A stretch of DNA of 64,000 nucleotides, taken from Balanoglossus misakiensis (lineage: Eukaryota > Animalia > Hemichordata). Location of the stretch: NCBI GenBank assembly GCA_040954595.2, contig JBECUI020000027.1:248001-312000 (forward strand), written 5' to 3'. Positions 20,406-30,124 of the stretch are shown in pieces (the first letter of the stretch is position 1; each line of letters starts with the position of its first letter). The translations under genes were made by a program, and so were the position numbers. Under the pieces are notes generated by a model. It saw only the letters and a program-made list of their open reading frames with translations. It searched no databases and was not told the origin of the DNA.

Positions 20406-22124
20406 CTACCTCAAACCCGACATGAGTCTCATAATATCAAGGATTTCTTCCCTTGCTGTAGAGTTCAAGGGGGCGGTGAGGAGAGTATTTATCAGAGCGA
20501 ATCCTGCCGGATCGGATACGGTACCGTTGTACCGGATGAGGTCCTTAAGAGCTCGGGCTGTCTCCAGGGCTAAAAAGGCCCCGCCCTTCGAAGCCAGACG
20601 CTGGTAACCGGCCGCCATCATCCTGATGGAAGATCCATCACCATCGCTGCCGATTTCTCCCAAAGCTCTGAATCCTGCAGCCATGGCATGGAAGTCGGTT
20701 TCCTGCTGAAGACAGTCAATAAGAAACCTCCTTACCCTGAAATCTTCTCCACGAGCTATAAGGGCATAGGCTTCCACCCGCACCTGAGCAGCATTATCGT
20801 AAGGAAGATCACTCCCTCCTTCCAACTGCCGAAGCGTTCCTCCCGAGGCCAGATCTTCTAGTAGCAGAGGAGCCCAAGGCATAGCCTTACGAAGGTTTGC
20901 ATCAGTGGGAAAGGAAGCTAATTCTCGCACCAGTTCCAGTCTCTCCCCAGCCTCACCGCTTCGGGCAGTGCGCTCCCGAATGTAAAAACCCGCATCCAGC
21001 CTGGCTGCCTCGCGGTCAAGAACAATGGGAGCGGTGGGGTAGCCTCCCGTTCGACCTGGCCCCCCCCGGAACTGCCTCCAACCAAGGCCGGGAGGAATAG
21101 CCTGCCAGGCATACAGAATCCAATCCCCTCCCCCGACAACCAGCAGACCCTGGTCAGTAAGCAAAGGTTCTACAAGAATGCCCTGACCCGAAAGAATTTG
21201 TTCTTCCCCCTGAACATTGAGAACCCTGAGGGTTCCATCGGCAGCAGGAAAGTAAAGCGTTCCATCCATCCCTGCAGAAGCCGCTCCTCCCGCTGCTGCT
21301 CTCTTTTGAAGACTATGCACATTTCCCTCAGAATCCAGATGAACCAGGGTGCCATCAGAAAAAAAGACCGTCCCTTGCCCATCGGGTGAGGTAATCAAGG
21401 AAATCACTCTTTCTCCTCCCAAGGTCAATTCCTGGAGGATTTCTCCTTTATTGGTGTCAATAATGAAAAGCCTCCCCCCCCAGGAACCTGCCCAGAGCCG
21501 TCCATTCACATCCAGGGCCATAGATGTCATAGCCACGCCTGGATTAAGATCCTTCTGAAGGACACCTTGCCCATCTATAGCCAAAATCCGCCCATCAGTA
21601 AGAGAAAGCCAGGCGATCCCATCGACAGAAACCACTGGAGAACTAGCCGCTTCAGCGCTTTCCCTTCTAGTCCATAGAATCTTTCCCTTCCGGGAAATTC
21701 CTACAATTTCCCCTCCTGTTAAAGGAAGAAAGATCCGACCATCCTGAGCCGCTGCTGGAAGCGTTGCCGAAGACCGGTTTATTGTGAGTTTCCAGCGCCC
21801 CGTCCCCCCCGGAGTCACCGCAAAAAGCTCATTCCTTTCATTTTCAAGATAGATTGTACCATCGGGGGCTACCATAAGAAAATTTTTAAGTCTACCCCCG
21901 GGTCTATAAATCCAGAGCTTCTCTCCTGTTTGGGCAGCAATGCTATGAAGAGCCCTGTCATCGGCTATAATATACAAATCCCCTCCCGGCCCTTGGGCAG
22001 GAAAATGACTGATGCTTCCCCCAGTGGCGTAGCGCCAAACCTGGACCAGAGGTTCTGACAGAGATTCAGCAAGCAGACCTAAAGAAGGAAAAAACACGAA
22101 ACAGATCAGAAAGATTTTGTTCAT
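20406..22124 (-). CDS. Secreted PQQ-like beta-propeller protein with HEAT-like C-terminus
   Basis: Signal peptide; repeated DGTIY/G..LW blades; WRQFRGGPGRTG; helical C-terminus. Confidence 0.8.
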   Translation of the reverse strand: MNKIFLICFVFFPSLGLLAESLSEPLVQVWRYATGGSISHFPAQGPGGDLYIIADDRALHSIAAQTGEKLWIYRPGGRLKNFLMVAPDGTIYLENERNELFAVTPGGTGRWKLTINRSSATLPAAAQDGRIFLPLTGGEIVGISRKGKILWTRRESAEAASSPVVSVDGIAWLSLTDGRILAIDGQGVLQKDLNPGVAMTSMALDVNGRLWAGSWGGRLFIIDTNKGEILQELTLGGERVISLITSPDGQGTVFFSDGTLVHLDSEGNVHSLQKRAAAGGAASAGMDGTLYFPAADGTLRVLNVQGEEQILSGQGILVEPLLTDQGLLVVGGGDWILYAWQAIPPGLGWRQFRGGPGRTGGYPTAPIVLDREAARLDAGFYIRERTARSGEAGERLELVRELASFPTDANLRKAMPWAPLLLEDLASGGTLRQLEGGSDLPYDNAAQVRVEAYALIARGEDFRVRRFLIDCLQQETDFHAMAAGFRALGEIGSDGDGSSIRMMAAGYQRLASKGGAFLALETARALKDLIRYNGTVSDPAGFALINTLLTAPLNSTAREEILDIMRLMSGLR

Positions 22125-22167
22125 ATTTCTTTTCCCCTTATTGCCCTGTGATTCCCAGAAATGCTCA

Positions 22168-22218
22168 AGAAGCCCAGAAGCCCAGAAGCCCAGAAGCCCA
22201 GAAGCCCAGAAGCCCAGA
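22168..22218 (+). repeat. Simple sequence repeat (AGAAGCCC)6
   Basis: Six perfect 8-mers plus AGA, 44-94 bp upstream of the propeller gene start. Confidence 0.95.
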
Positions 22219-22512
22219 TAATTCCTGAATAAATGGTGACTTGGGAGGACAACTTACACATGACCCTCCAGACCTGGGAGACTGCTGGAGAAGCATAAAT
22301 TCTTTCTTCACCAGCTTATACTACTAAAATTCAGACTATCTAGCTTCCCAGAGCACGAAAATAGATTTTTTCCGTCAGCCTACAGTACGGTGTATGAAAA
22401 TACATTAAAAAAATGTTCCAGAAATCTCAACAGAACAGAATCAATAACGCCCGATTAGATCTTCATCGCTTCCCTCTGGACGAATCTCCACTGAGAGGCG
22501 TATCTTCTAGGC

Positions 22513-23096
22513 ATGAGCACAATTAAATCTTCCATCGAATTGGCCCGTTCAGAACAGCCGAAGTTAATGCTGGCAAGAAGGCCGTTCGGCAGAAAGAACT
22601 AATCCGACAGGACCGAGTATTGGTGGAACGTTTTCTAAAGGAAGAAATCTTATTGAATCTGAAAAGGATTGGGAAGACTATGGCAGTTTTGTACCTGGCT
22701 GCTGTTCAAGGAAGAGCCTTAAAGTCCTTATCTAACCAATCTGACTCTTCTCCGGGCGGAATCGGATTTGGGGAGATTCATCAAACTTCGGAAAAGTATG
22801 CTTATTTTTAGCTTGATAAGGGATTTTGTATGAGGAACATGGATCAGCACAGAGAGTTTTTTGACCAGTATCTGGAGGATACTCGATTTTTAAGGAAGCA
22901 ATTTCACAATCAGGGGGCACCTCGACTCCGACACAAGAAGCTGTTTCGTACTTGGGGAACCTGTTACACAACTGCTTTGAATCCGGAACAGGGCTCTGAA
23001 TTTGTAACCTTATCCGGAGAAGGAAATGCTCAGCTAAGGCTTCGTTACAAAGAGTCTCTAAGCAAGAGCAAGGACGAACTCCAGCAGTTTGTCTGA
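22513..23096 (+). pseudogene. Disrupted hypothetical gene upstream of rarA
   Basis: MSTIKSSIELA start, then fragments 22620-22811 and 22830-23096 separated by shifts or stops. The last fragment overlaps the rarA ATG (TGATG). Confidence 0.45.
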
Positions 23097-25309
23097 TGGA
23101 ACTTTTTAGAGCTGAGGCAGTCCAGGAACCCCTTGCTGCCCGGATGAGACCCCGGACCCTGGAAGAATTTGCCGGACAGGACCATATTGTAGGTCCAGGC
23201 CGTCTACTGCGCCGGGCTATTCAGGCCGACCAGTTGAGCAGTTTGATTTTTTATGGTCCGCCGGGTACGGGAAAAACCACTCTGGCCAGAATAATCGCCA
23301 ACAATACCAAAAGCCGTTTTGTCGCATTAAATGCCGTGTTAAGTGGAGTAAAAGATGTCCGAGAAGCCGTCAAGTCCGCCATAGAAGCCCGGGATACCCA
23401 GGGACGCCGGACTCTTTTGTTTGTTGATGAGGTTCACCGGTGGAACAAGGCTCAGCAGGATGCACTTTTACCCTGGGTGGAAAACGGAACGGTGGTGCTC
23501 ATTGGGGCCACAACTGAAAATCCCTATTTTGAAGTAATTCCGGCCCTAGTGAGCCGAAGCCGGGTATTTCAGCTTCAAAACCTCACAGAGAAGGATCTGA
23601 AGCTGGTGCTGGAATCAGCACTCTCAGACAAAAACAGAGGCTATGGCCAATGGACTGTTTCTTTTGAGAAAGGGGCTTTAGAACATCTGCTGCGCATAAG
23701 CTCCGGAGATGCCCGAAGTCTTTTGAATGCCTTGCAACTAGCGGTTGAAACCACTCCTCCTGTCTTTCCTCCTCCTCCAGGGGAGAGCATCTGTATTTCA
23801 TTAAAAGCTGCCGAAGAGAGTATCCAGCGACAGGCCCTGCTCTACGACAAAGAAGGGGACTACCACTTCGATACCATCAGTGCTTTTATCAAGTCTCTAC
23901 GAGGTTCCGATCCCGATGCGGCCCTGTACTGGCTGGCCCTTATGATTCGAGGGGGGGAAGATCCCCGTTTTATTTTACGTCGTATGCTGATAAGTGCTTC
24001 TGAAGATATAGGACTCGCCGATCCCCATGCCCTAACGATAACGGCTGCGGCTGCAACCGCCTTTGATCGGGTGGGTCTCCCAGAGGGGCAGTTCCACCTG
24101 GCCCAGGCAGCCATCTACCTGGCTTCTTGTCCCAAATCCAACTCTACCTTAGGCTATTTTGATGCCCTTAAGGTCCTAGAAGAAGAGCAGGCTCCACAGG
24201 TTCCCGGACACCTAAAAGATTCCAGCCGGGACAGCAAGTCCTTTGGCCACGGGGAAGGCTACCGTTACCCCCATGCCTGGCGGGATCACTGGGTCGCACA
24301 ACAATACCTTCCCGAGGCTCTGAAGGGCCGGTTTTTCTACCGCCCCTCAAAACAGGGTTATGAGGGAAGTATCCGTAAGGATGTGCTTCGGCGTAGGGAA
24401 GCTCAGTTAACAGCCATGCTGGAGGAAGACATGCCTCCTGGGGAGATCTTTACCTATTCTCCTGGAGATAAGGGCAGAGAAACCTGGACTCGCCGCACAG
24501 AAAAAGGCTTGGAACCCCTGATGCTCCGGACCCGGGAAATCCTTTTTAACCAGCTTAAGCTAATGCGGCACGAAAGGGTGCTTGTCATGGCCGACAACAC
24601 CGGAGTCCTGATCTGGGAGACCCATCGGAGGGTTCCAGAGGGGGGGGCCACCCTACTCTGCCGAGATCTTAAGTCCTTGAATGCTTTTTCCAGTTTGGCA
24701 GAAGGACTTCCCCAAACAGAGCGTCCTCGAATCATCAAGGGCGACCTGAGACATCCTTCTACCTTTGAGGAACTCAAGCAAGGGGGGCTGCGCTACGAAA
24801 TTTTTATCGGCAGACATTTCCTTACCCGGGAGACAAGCCATGAGCATCGGCTCAGTTTGCTCTCCAAGGCCCGGCAGCTCTCGGCTCCAGGAGGCCGACT
24901 TTGCCTGATGGAAAGCTCCCCAAAGGGCGGCAGCATCCTGGCAGAATTTATACCTGCAGGTCTTCTCGAAGAAACTTCATTCAAGGCTTTTAAACAGGCC
25001 GAAGATACCTTTCTTAATAACCTAGAACAGGGCTTGAAGCCTTCAAATTTGCTTTCCATGGCCGTAGAAGCGGGGTGGATGGCCCCTTCATTACAAAACT
25101 TTACCGTAGAGGAAAAACGTTTTCTTAGCCCTGAACTGCTTAAGGGCTGGTTCAGAGCCCGGAATCCCGGAGGATACGGCAAACAGATGGCCCTTCTCTT
25201 GGGGGCCGAAGTCTGGGAGGCCCTGTGTGAAACTTTGCTCATAGGGCTTGGGGGTAGACAGGTCCCCTGGATTACAGCATTGAGCATTTTGAAAGCCCAA
25301 TGCCCCTGA
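23096..25309 (+). CDS. rarA: Replication-associated recombination protein A (MgsA/RarA) with an extra C-terminal methyltransferase-like domain
   Basis: [46 protein letters not shown]; about 290-aa extension. Confidence 0.93.
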   Translation: MELFRAEAVQEPLAARMRPRTLEEFAGQDHIVGPGRLLRRAIQADQLSSLIFYGPPGTGKTTLARIIANNTKSRFVALNAVLSGVKDVREAVKSAIEARDTQGRRTLLFVDEVHRWNKAQQDALLPWVENGTVVLIGATTENPYFEVIPALVSRSRVFQLQNLTEKDLKLVLESALSDKNRGYGQWTVSFEKGALEHLLRISSGDARSLLNALQLAVETTPPVFPPPPGESICISLKAAEESIQRQALLYDKEGDYHFDTISAFIKSLRGSDPDAALYWLALMIRGGEDPRFILRRMLISASEDIGLADPHALTITAAAATAFDRVGLPEGQFHLAQAAIYLASCPKSNSTLGYFDALKVLEEEQAPQVPGHLKDSSRDSKSFGHGEGYRYPHAWRDHWVAQQYLPEALKGRFFYRPSKQGYEGSIRKDVLRRREAQLTAMLEEDMPPGEIFTYSPGDKGRETWTRRTEKGLEPLMLRTREILFNQLKLMRHERVLVMADNTGVLIWETHRRVPEGGATLLCRDLKSLNAFSSLAEGLPQTERPRIIKGDLRHPSTFEELKQGGLRYEIFIGRHFLTRETSHEHRLSLLSKARQLSAPGGRLCLMESSPKGGSILAEFIPAGLLEETSFKAFKQAEDTFLNNLEQGLKPSNLLSMAVEAGWMAPSLQNFTVEEKRFLSPELLKGWFRARNPGGYGKQMALLLGAEVWEALCETLLIGLGGRQVPWITALSILKAQCP

Positions 25310-26007
25310 TTCGAATCTACGAAGATGATTTTCTTCTGGCAATAGATAAACCCCTAAACCTTCATGTCCACCCCTCCAAACTTTCCCGGAGAGAAAAAAG
25401 CGTTCAAGATCTTCTGGAAGAGGAGCTTGGCTTCAGGGTCTACCCAATCCACAGACTGGATAGACCCGTAGGGGGGGTACTTCTACTGGCCAAGACAAAA
25501 GAAACCGCCTCGGTCTTCGGGGACATTCTGAGAAATAGAAAGGTTTGGGAAAAAACTTACCTGGCCATTGTAAGAGGTTGGATGGAAGGGAAAGGACAAA
25601 TAGACCATCCTCTCAGTCAGGCTCAAGGCAAACCCCCACGAGAAGCCCAAACCTCTTGGAGGGCCCTGGCCAGGGCAGAGCTCCCCTGGTCGGACGGCCA
25701 ATTCCCCACAAGCCGATACACCCTGGTCCTATTAAACCCCATCACAGGGCGCCATCACCAGATTCGCCGGCACCTGGCTTCGGTAAATCATCCAATCATG
25801 GGAGATATTGCCCGAGGAGACAATCCCAAGAACAGGATTTGGCGAGAAAAAACAAATATTCCTGGATTGATGCTCAGGGCCATAAGTCTCTCCTTTATTC
25901 ATCCATTTCGGGGAGAAAGAATTGTCCTGGAAGCCCCGGTGGATCAGCGATTTGTCCAGGCCGCCATGCTTTGCAACTGGGATCTCAGCAATGTGGGATT
26001 CCGATAA
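25300..26007 (+). CDS. RluA/TruC-family pseudouridine synthase
   Basis: IDKP, HRLD (catalytic Asp), TGRHHQIRRHL, HPIMGD. Confidence 0.93.
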   Translation: MPLIRIYEDDFLLAIDKPLNLHVHPSKLSRREKSVQDLLEEELGFRVYPIHRLDRPVGGVLLLAKTKETASVFGDILRNRKVWEKTYLAIVRGWMEGKGQIDHPLSQAQGKPPREAQTSWRALARAELPWSDGQFPTSRYTLVLLNPITGRHHQIRRHLASVNHPIMGDIARGDNPKNRIWREKTNIPGLMLRAISLSFIHPFRGERIVLEAPVDQRFVQAAMLCNWDLSNVGFR

Positions 26008-26255
26008 TGGAGGTTCAGAGGCCTCCAGGTAATCTTTGCCTTGTTTTCATGGAATCAAGACAAAACCTCTTGCAGCAGCACAAAGCAGACTTTATACACA
26101 TTGTTCTGGGAACTTAAGCAAAATTACTCGATTTTATCCACATGCGACGCTCTTATGGAATACAATTGAGGAAGGAAATCCTTGGAAGTTTTAAAAGTGA
26201 AATTTTTTAGTTGACCGGAAGGGCCTAAAAGATTAATGATAATAGGGCCATGCAT

Positions 26256-26328
26256 GGTGAATGTAGTTCAGTGGTAGAGCACCAGATTGTGGATCTGGCT
26301 GTCGCGGGTTCGAATCCCGTCATTCACC
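26256..26328 (+). tRNA. tRNA-His(GTG)
   Basis: G-1 plus GTGAATG/CATTCAC acceptor stem; anticodon arm CCAGA-TTGTGGA-TCTGG; GGTTCGAATCC. Confidence 0.96.
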
Positions 26329-26348
26329 CTCGCCGATAACGGCAATGA

Positions 26349-26422
26349 GCGTCCATAGCTCAGTTGGACAGAGCGCCGGGCTTCGAACCCGTAGGTCGGA
26401 GGTTCGAGTCCTCCTGGACGCA
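26349..26422 (+). tRNA. tRNA-Arg(TCG)
   Basis: GCGTCCA/TGGACGC acceptor stem, anticodon loop CTTCGAA, GGTTCGAGTCC. Confidence 0.95.
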
Positions 26423-26486
26423 ACAGAAAAATCTTGTAAGGTGGCCGCTGGAAATATTAATCGTGAATTGCTAGCGTATATGAAAT

Positions 26487-26559
26487 GGGCCGTTAGCTCA
26501 GCTGGTAGAGCAGCAGACTCTTAATCTGCGGGTCAAAGGTTCGATCCCTTTACGGCTCA
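26487..26559 (+). tRNA. tRNA-Lys(CTT)
   Basis: Anticodon arm GCAGA-CTCTTAA-TCTGC; GGTTCGATCCC. Confidence 0.96.
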
Positions 26560-26604
26560 CAAAAACAGCGATGGGATTTATCTTATCCTGTCCTCACAGA
26601 CAGC

Positions 26605-26684
26605 GCGAGAGTGGTGGAATCGGTAGACACGCCAGCCTTAGGAGCTGGTGCTTCGGCGTAAGGGTTCAAATCCCTTCTCTCGCA
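26605..26684 (+). tRNA. tRNA-Leu(TAG)
   Basis: GCGAGAG/CTCTCGC acceptor stem, CCAGC-CTTAGGA-GCTGG, variable arm. Confidence 0.96.
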
Positions 26685-26841
26685 TTTCTCCTGTAAGTTT
26701 TTATATATGAGAGCTTTTTAGTCGTTACTATTGATATGGGTAAGGAAAAAATTAGTTTTCCGTAAATTCTTTGTTGGAGTATCAAGCTCACAGCAGGCAT
26801 TGAGCTGGGTTTTTTAAATCATAAATCAAGGGTTTGTAAAG

Positions 26842-28197
26842 ATGCCAAACGAAACAATCACTATTGACAATGTGGAACGAGGAGAAAAATCTTCAATTAA
26901 GCTCACCTGCACGGCAGGAGCTTACGAGACCAGTAAGGTCTACCAGAATCTCCTAACCAAATACGGTAAAGAAGTTCGAATAAAGGGATTTCGTCCCGGC
27001 AAGGCTCCCCAGAATATCCTGGAAAGAAAATTTGGAGAAAGCATCCGTCTGGAGGCCGAAAACGAGCTTATGAACAAGGCTCTGGAAACCGCCACGGCAA
27101 GGGTGAAAGAAAAGCCTTTGGGGTACAGAAGCCCAGTCCTGGACGGTGAACCCGTTTTTGTTCCAGGCAAAGACTTCACTTTTACCCTTGTCTACGACAC
27201 TTTCCCCGAGATTGTCTTAGGTAAGTATAAGGAGCTTTCCGTAACGGAACCAAAGGTAAAAATTACCAAAAAAGATGAGCAGGATGAACTGGAGAAACTC
27301 CGAGAAAGCAATGCCATTTACAGTGAAAAAGCTGATGGAATCGTAGAGAAAGACTCTATCGTTGCCATAGATTACGCCGAGTTAGACAGTCAGGGGAACA
27401 AAGTGAATGAACGCAAGAACTTTGTTTTCAGAGTCGGTTCCGAAACTCACCCCTATGGTATTGATGAAGAGTTGCTGGGCATGACAATGGGGGAAACCAA
27501 AGTTATTAAGAAAATCTATCCCCAGGACTACCAGGCCAATACCCAACTAGCCGGCCGGACCATTTCATTGGAAGTCAGTCTCATTTCTGTCAAGGAACGG
27601 CAACTTCCCGACCTCAACGATGAATTTGCCCAAGATGTGAGTGAAGAATTCAAAACGCTCAGTGATTTGAAAAAAAAGATAACGAGCGAAATACAAACAA
27701 GAATTGAGGCAAAGTTAAAACAGCTTAAAATCCACTCTCTTCTGGATACCCTGGAAGCCGATGCCAAGATAGAAATTCCTGAATCCATGTTGCAATTCGA
27801 AATGAGGAATCTTTGGTTAGAGTATCTCCAGAACTCCAAGGCCAAGGAAGAACAGGTGCTTGAAGCCCTTAAGGCTCAAAAGCTTAGTAAGGAACTCCTT
27901 ATGGAACAATGGCGGCCCAATGCCGAAAAGTCCATCCGCATCCAGCTAATTCTAGGGAAAATTACCGAATTAGAAAAAATCGAGGTGAACCAGCAGGAAT
28001 TGGAAGAGGAAATAATTACACGAGCCGAAAAGTTGAACATGAGCGTAGAAGATCTTCAGAAAACATTTGGAGGTTCACAATTTAAAGATTATCTTAAACA
28101 AGAGTGCCATCAAAAGAAGCTGTATGATTTCTTACTAGACAACGCCACAGTAAAGCCCGGTGATAAGTTGGATTACAGCACTATGATGAGTATGTAA
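26842..28197 (+). CDS. tig: Trigger factor
   Basis: GFRPGKAP ribosome-binding motif, FKBP-like domain, upstream of clpP. Confidence 0.97.
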   Translation: MPNETITIDNVERGEKSSIKLTCTAGAYETSKVYQNLLTKYGKEVRIKGFRPGKAPQNILERKFGESIRLEAENELMNKALETATARVKEKPLGYRSPVLDGEPVFVPGKDFTFTLVYDTFPEIVLGKYKELSVTEPKVKITKKDEQDELEKLRESNAIYSEKADGIVEKDSIVAIDYAELDSQGNKVNERKNFVFRVGSETHPYGIDEELLGMTMGETKVIKKIYPQDYQANTQLAGRTISLEVSLISVKERQLPDLNDEFAQDVSEEFKTLSDLKKKITSEIQTRIEAKLKQLKIHSLLDTLEADAKIEIPESMLQFEMRNLWLEYLQNSKAKEEQVLEALKAQKLSKELLMEQWRPNAEKSIRIQLILGKITELEKIEVNQQELEEEIITRAEKLNMSVEDLQKTFGGSQFKDYLKQECHQKKLYDFLLDNATVKPGDKLDYSTMMSM

Positions 28198-28227
28198 AAA
28201 ATAACGAGGTCTTTCGGAGGTATTGTA

Positions 28228-28845
28228 GTGGAGATTCAGAATAACACATTGGTTCCTTTTGTTGTAGAGCAAACAGGTATTGGCGAACGTTCTTATGACA
28301 TCTATTCCCGACTTTTGAAGGAACGTATTGTTTTCCTTGACGGAGAAATCGTGGATACCACTGCCGACCTTGTTGTGGCCCAGCTTTTGTTTCTGGAATC
28401 TCAAGACCCTGACAAAGACATTAACCTCTATATCAACTCTCCAGGAGGGGGAGTCACTTCTGGACTTGCTATTTATGACACCATGCAATACATCAAGCCC
28501 GATGTGCAGACTATCTGTATGGGACAGGCTGCCTCCATGGGAGCCGTTCTTCTGGCGGGAGGAGCTCCTAATAAACGCCTAGCCCTTCCTTCTTCACGGA
28601 TATTGATTCACCAACCCTGGGGCGGCGTCAAGGGGCAAGCTGTAGACATTGGCATACAGGCCCGAGAAATCCTCCGGCTCAAGCGTATGCTTGTGCACTA
28701 CCTCACCCTCCACACCGGCAAAGAAGAGATTGTTGTGAGTAAGGACTTAGAGCGGGACTTCTATATGTCTGCAGAAGAGGCAGTGGAGTATGGTATTGTA
28801 GACAGTATTTTAGCGAGGAAGGAAAATGGCAAGGTCAAAAAATAA
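28228..28845 (+). CDS. clpP: Clp protease proteolytic subunit
   Basis: [24 protein letters not shown]. Confidence 0.99.
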   Translation: MEIQNNTLVPFVVEQTGIGERSYDIYSRLLKERIVFLDGEIVDTTADLVVAQLLFLESQDPDKDINLYINSPGGGVTSGLAIYDTMQYIKPDVQTICMGQAASMGAVLLAGGAPNKRLALPSSRILIHQPWGGVKGQAVDIGIQAREILRLKRMLVHYLTLHTGKEEIVVSKDLERDFYMSAEEAVEYGIVDSILARKENGKVKK

Positions 28846-30124
28846 AGATGTTAAGGTCTGTTCATTCTGCGGTAAGACCTCTGAAATATCGAAGAAACTG
28901 ATTGCAGGGCCAGGAGTTTATATCTGCGACGAATGTGTTAACGTCTGTAATCGTATTCTTCTGGAAGAAACAGAAAACTTGACAGCCGAGTATAACCAGG
29001 AAATCCCCAAACCAAGAGAGGTAAAGTCCTATCTTGACGAATACGTTATTGGTCAAGATAAGGCTAAGAAAGTTCTTTCTGTAGCGGTGTATAACCACTA
29101 CAAGCGAATTACCCATAAGAACCATTTGAATAAAGAAGATGTGGATATGGAAAAATCCAACGTCCTCTTGATCGGCCCCACAGGTTCTGGAAAAACACTA
29201 CTGGCCCGTACCCTGGCCCGCAAACTCAAGGTACCCTTTGCCATTGCCGATGCCACCACTCTTACCGAAGCGGGATACGTAGGGGAAGATGTTGAAAACA
29301 TTCTTCTCAAACTTATCCAGGCCGCAGGGAACAACATTGCTGCCGCTGAGAGGGGCATTATCTATATTGATGAAATTGACAAAATTGCCCGCAAGGGCGA
29401 GAACGTCTCTATTACCCGGGACGTCTCCGGCGAGGGAGTCCAGCAAGCCCTGCTAAAAATCATTGAAGGCACTGTTGCCTCTGTTCCTCCCCAGGGCGGA
29501 CGGAAACATCCCAACCAGGAAATGCTAAAAATCGACACCTCCGACATTCTCACCATTTGTGGGGGAGCTTTTGTTGGCCTGGATAAAATTATTGAATCCC
29601 GGGTGTCTCAGCATCCTCTGGGTTTTGGAGCCGATATTCACAATGCCAACGATAAGAATCTTTCGGAACTCTACGGGAAGCTCCTTCCTGAGGACTTGAT
29701 AAAATTTGGTCTCATCCCGGAGTTTATCGGTCGACTGCCCATCAAAGTTTCTTTGAACAATCTTTCTAAAGAAGAACTTATCCGCATTGTGACTGAGCCG
29801 CGGAATTCTGTTTTAAAACAATACACAGCTTCCCTTGAACTGGATAATGTGGAACTTCATTTTGACGATGAGGCCATTGAGGCCATAGCCATTAAGGCTC
29901 TGGAACAGGAGACAGGGGCAAGGGGAATCCGTTCCATCGTAGAGTCGAACATGATGGACATTATGTATGACATTCCTTCACTTGAAGGGTATAAACGGAT
30001 CTACGTGAATCAGGCGGTAATCAATGGGGAAAGTAGCCCTGTGGTTACTACCGTTGAGGCTCCCCAAAAAGAAGTAAAAGATGAGACCGGCGAGGCGGAT
30101 GAAGTTAAACAAATCACGGCCTGA
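28826..30124 (+). CDS. clpX: Clp protease ATP-binding subunit ClpX
   Basis: CSFCG..CDEC zinc finger, [18 protein letters not shown]. Confidence 0.99.
   Translation: MARSKNKDVKVCSFCGKTSEISKKLIAGPGVYICDECVNVCNRILLEETENLTAEYNQEIPKPREVKSYLDEYVIGQDKAKKVLSVAVYNHYKRITHKNHLNKEDVDMEKSNVLLIGPTGSGKTLLARTLARKLKVPFAIADATTLTEAGYVGEDVENILLKLIQAAGNNIAAAERGIIYIDEIDKIARKGENVSITRDVSGEGVQQALLKIIEGTVASVPPQGGRKHPNQEMLKIDTSDILTICGGAFVGLDKIIESRVSQHPLGFGADIHNANDKNLSELYGKLLPEDLIKFGLIPEFIGRLPIKVSLNNLSKEELIRIVTEPRNSVLKQYTASLELDNVELHFDDEAIEAIAIKALEQETGARGIRSIVESNMMDIMYDIPSLEGYKRIYVNQAVINGESSPVVTTVEAPQKEVKDETGEADEVKQITA

Noticed and set aside
26256-26684. tRNAs lacking an encoded CCA, and the Arg(UCG) anticodon
   Set aside because: Both are common in spirochaetes and not novel.
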